DNA of 30,413 bases from a virus (taxonomy: Duplodnaviria; Caudoviricetes): positions 1 to 30,413 of IMG/VR virus record IMGVR_UViG_3300012953_000134; one strand, 5' to 3'. A model generated the notes under the pieces. That model saw only the letters and a list, made by a program, of their open reading frames with translations. It was not told where the DNA came from and did no database searches. The position numbers and the translations under genes were made by a program. This document shows, in pieces, positions 27,618 to 30,413 of this stretch (position 1 is the first letter of the stretch; every line of letters starts with the position of its first letter).

Positions 27618-29054
27618 ATGGCATTAAATCCTTTTTTCTTACAAGGTTCACCAAATGAGCAAAGGTTGGTTCAAGATTTGCTTAATGAACAATTAACAAT
27701 TTATGGTGTAGAGGTAACTTATATACCTAGAAAAATTATCAATAAAGATAATATTTTTAGAGAAATTGAATCTTCAAAATTTGATGATAATTTTTCTATA
27801 GAAGCATATGTCAATACATATGAGGGATATGATGGTGCTGGAGATATAATGACTAAATTTGGTGTTAGTTTAAAGGATGAATTAACATTAACAATATCAA
27901 AAGAAAGATTTGAAGATTTTATTGCTTCTTATATGATATCAATGCCAGATGGTCAGATTGAAGTTGCTACTCGACCACAAGAAGGTGATTTAGTATATTT
28001 TCCTCTGGGTCAAAGATTATTTGAAATAAAATTTGTAGAACATGAAAAACCTTTTTATCAATTAGGTAAAAATTATGTTTATCAATTACAATGTGAATTA
28101 TTTGAATATGAGGATGAAATTCTTGATACTAGTATTGCTGAGATAGATGAAACGTTAGAAGATCAAGGATTTATTACAAATTTAATTCTATATTCATCAG
28201 GAATTAGAGCAACTGCAGGAGTAACTACAACATCTTCATCAGGTTATATAAGAAATATATATCTTAATGAAGATGGATATGGATATACAGTTCCACCAAA
28301 AGTTGCAATTACAACTGCTCCGGCTGGAGGAGTTGATGCTACAGCAGTTGCAATAACTACTTCAGTTAATAATGTATATTCAGTTAAAGAGTTATTGATT
28401 ATTAATCCTGGTGCTGGTTATACTGTAGTTCCAACCATCAATATAGTAAGTTCAGCAACAACTGCTGTTAATGGAACCACAACTTATCATGGTGTTGGAG
28501 CTGCAGCAACGGCAACATTAGTAGTTAGTGGTGGAGCTGGTATTAGTACTGTAGGATTTACTACTGTTGGTGCTGGATATAGTGGTGCTCCTACTGTTAT
28601 GTTTGATAATCCACAATCACCTAATACATCAGGTGGGGGATTAGTTGCTAGTGGTAGAGCATTTATCAATTCTACTGGAATTGTTACTGGAGTATATTTT
28701 ACCGATACTGGTTTTGGATACGACTCAAGTGCAGATATTATCTTTAGTGAACCAACTGCTATTACAGGTACTGGTACATATGAATTTAATGAGGTTGTTA
28801 CTGGAGCTGCTTCTAGTACAACAGGAAGAGTTAAGAATTGGGATAAGGATACTAGGATACTTCAAGTTGGTAATGCTGATGGAGTATTTTATAGAGGAGA
28901 AAAAATTGTTGGATCTGAGTCAGGTGCAATATATACTATTGGATCTGTACCAGAAGGTGAGAATTTAGATAAATATGAACAGAACACCTTTATAGAGACT
29001 GAAGCAGACTCTATAATAGACTTTAGTGAATCAAATCCATTCGGACAAGTATAA
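27618..29054 (+). CDS. gp14: Neck protein gp14 with inserted repeat domains
   Basis: 478 aa with EQ.LVQDL..E...IYG.EV.YIPR, RP.EGDLVYFP, LFEIKFVEHE.PFYQLGK.YVY.L.CELFEY and C-terminal IE.EAD.I.DFSE.NPFG. Confidence 0.93.
   Translation: MALNPFFLQGSPNEQRLVQDLLNEQLTIYGVEVTYIPRKIINKDNIFREIESSKFDDNFSIEAYVNTYEGYDGAGDIMTKFGVSLKDELTLTISKERFEDFIASYMISMPDGQIEVATRPQEGDLVYFPLGQRLFEIKFVEHEKPFYQLGKNYVYQLQCELFEYEDEILDTSIAEIDETLEDQGFITNLILYSSGIRATAGVTTTSSSGYIRNIYLNEDGYGYTVPPKVAITTAPAGGVDATAVAITTSVNNVYSVKELLIINPGAGYTVVPTINIVSSATTAVNGTTTYHGVGAAATATLVVSGGAGISTVGFTTVGAGYSGAPTVMFDNPQSPNTSGGGLVASGRAFINSTGIVTGVYFTDTGFGYDSSADIIFSEPTAITGTGTYEFNEVVTGAASSTTGRVKNWDKDTRILQVGNADGVFYRGEKIVGSESGAIYTIGSVPEGENLDKYEQNTFIETEADSIIDFSESNPFGQV
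28968..28975 (+). promoter_or_regulatory. Candidate late promoter (GATAAATA) inside the 3' end of gp14
   Basis: NATAAATA about 80 nt upstream of the gp15 ATG, which overlaps the gp14 stop. Confidence 0.5.
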
Positions 29055-29851
29055 TGTTTGGAACATACTTTTATCACGAAATTATTAGAAAAACTATTGT
29101 ATCGTTTGGTACAATATTTAATGGTATATCTATTCAACATAAAAATTCTTCTGGGGAAGAATTTAGTGAAATTAGAGTCCCATTATCTTATGGCCCTGCC
29201 CAGAAATTTCTTGCTAGGTTGGAACAACAACCAGATTTAAATAAACCAATTCAAATAACACTCCCTAGAATGTCATTTGAAATGAATAACGTTTCTTATG
29301 ATGCCTCAAGAAAAGCTGGTGTTACTCAGACATTTAAAACATCTGATGGGACTAATATGAAAAAGGTGTTTATGCCTGTTCCATATAATATTGGGTTTGA
29401 GTTAAATATTTTCACAAAATTAAATGATGATGCATTACAGATTGTAGAGCAAATATTACCATATTTTCAACCTTCATTTAACCTTACTGTAGATTTAGTA
29501 AGTTCAATTGGAGAAAAAAGAGATATTCCTGTTGTGTTAGATAATATATCTTTTCAAGATGATTATGAAGGAGACTTTGCCACAAGAAGGGCTTTAATAT
29601 ATACTTTAAATTTTACCGCAAAAACTTACCTATTCGGTCCTATTGCTAAGTCTACCGACGGTCTTATCAAAAAAGTTCAAACAGATTTATATACTGATAC
29701 TAATACACAAACTGCCAAACGTGAAATGAGGTATACTGCTACTCCTGATCCAATTAATGCTGAACCTGGAGATGATTTTGGATTTACTGAATCGTGGCAA
29801 GATTTTAGTGATGATAAAAATTGGAGCCCAACTAGAAAAGAGGATATTTAA
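29054..29851 (+). CDS. gp15: Tail sheath stabiliser / tail completion protein gp15
   Basis: 265 aa with YFYHEIIRK....FGT.FN, VPL.YGP.QKFLARL, TLPRMSFE, PVPYNI.FEL, QIVEQILPYFQP and R.LIYTL.F motifs. Confidence 0.95.
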   Translation: MFGTYFYHEIIRKTIVSFGTIFNGISIQHKNSSGEEFSEIRVPLSYGPAQKFLARLEQQPDLNKPIQITLPRMSFEMNNVSYDASRKAGVTQTFKTSDGTNMKKVFMPVPYNIGFELNIFTKLNDDALQIVEQILPYFQPSFNLTVDLVSSIGEKRDIPVVLDNISFQDDYEGDFATRRALIYTLNFTAKTYLFGPIAKSTDGLIKKVQTDLYTDTNTQTAKREMRYTATPDPINAEPGDDFGFTESWQDFSDDKNWSPTRKEDI

Positions 29852-29854
29852 ATT

Positions 29855-30283
29855 ATGTCTAGTTATGATCCTATTGACGAAGCACTTAATACTAGCAGTA
29901 TTGAAGTATCGGATACTCCTGAGAATGGGTGTGTAAAAAGGAAAGATAAATTAAGAGATGTTAGTAAAGAAGTTCAACAAGATTATGATTATACTCGTTC
30001 TAATTTATATTCATTAATTGAAAAGGGGCAAGAGTCCCTTAATGGTATTATGGAACTTGCGGGTGAAAGTGCAAGTCCAAGAGCATATGAAGTTGCAGGA
30101 CAGATTATTAAGTCTGTTGCTGATACAACTGATAAATTAATGGAACTTCAAAAGAAAGTTAAGGATATTGATGAAGATAATCATAAAACAACTAATAATG
30201 TTACTAATAATGCAGTATTTGTTGGATCCACATCAGAGTTATCAAAAATGTTAAAACAAGGTTTCACAAAGAATAAAGGATAA
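29855..30283 (+). CDS. gp16: Terminase small subunit gp16
   Basis: 142 aa with DY.Y.R.NLY.LIEKG, A.E..SPRAYEV..Q.IK and NNAVFVGST.EL.K.L. Lies between gp15 and gp17. Confidence 0.93.
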   Translation: MSSYDPIDEALNTSSIEVSDTPENGCVKRKDKLRDVSKEVQQDYDYTRSNLYSLIEKGQESLNGIMELAGESASPRAYEVAGQIIKSVADTTDKLMELQKKVKDIDEDNHKTTNNVTNNAVFVGSTSELSKMLKQGFTKNKG

Positions 30284-30285
30284 TC

Positions 30286-30413
30286 ATGCCTGTTGATAAT
30301 GATGTGTATTTGGGTAATCCCAACCTTAAAAAGGCAAATACACAAATTGAATATACTGAAGAACAGATTATAGAATTTCTTAAATGTAAGGAAGACCCTG
30401 TTTATTTTGCAAA
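30286..30413 (+). CDS. gp17: Terminase large subunit gp17 (N-terminal 42 aa, runs off the window)
   Basis: ATG at 30286 after SD-like AAGGA. Reads MPVDNDVYLGNPNLKKANTQIEYTEEQIIEFLKCKEDPVYFA, matching the YLGNPNLKKAN...KC..DPVYF start of T4-like gp17. Confidence 0.92.
   Translation, partial: MPVDNDVYLGNPNLKKANTQIEYTEEQIIEFLKCKEDPVYFA

Noticed and set aside
1799-29140. Short (60-95 aa) minus-strand ORFs inside the structural genes
   Set aside because: They are shadows of the + strand codon bias, lie entirely opposite well-supported genes and show no motifs.
18786-29240. Alternate-frame + strand ORFs 18786-18968, 28645-28968 and 29058-29240
   Set aside because: The Leu/Val/Gln-rich translations are typical of a shifted frame in T-ending codon sequence, and they are nested in real genes.
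1-30413. CRISPR array, tRNA/rRNA, IS element or alternative genetic code
   Set aside because: The largest intergenic gap is 55 nt, there are no regularly spaced DNA repeats or transposase motifs, and the genes read full length in the standard code with both TAA and TGA stops.

Overview
This window is one unbroken + strand late (virion morphogenesis) operon of a T4-like marine myovirus, most likely a cyanomyovirus. GC is about 30% from spot counts, which would fit a low-GC host such as Prochlorococcus, but the host is not proven. Gene order: 3' end of a hypothetical gene, a 48-aa basic ORF absent from the ORF track, baseplate gp25, gp6, a giant 4346-aa gp7-like protein, gp8, a 2469-aa VrlC/DUF4815-type virion protein, a 67-aa coiled-coil ORF, a 115-aa adaptor-like ORF, a 477-aa fibre-like protein, neck gp13 and gp14, tail completion gp15, small terminase gp16 and the start of large terminase gp17. 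T4-type late promoters (TATAAATA/NATAAATA) precede several genes, and some candidates lie inside the upstream coding sequence. I saw no RNA genes, CRISPR arrays, mobile elements or DGR. I found no clear-cut new multi-gene system. The best leads are a G-[IVLF]-G/S/N/T-[ST] peptide motif spread through the appendage and neck proteins (possible modification sequon), a split His-less YHYH-like domain and nested domain insertions in gp7, the small basic ORF, coding-embedded late promoters, and an HxH module in the fibre. All family assignments come from motif recognition and synteny, not from database searches.
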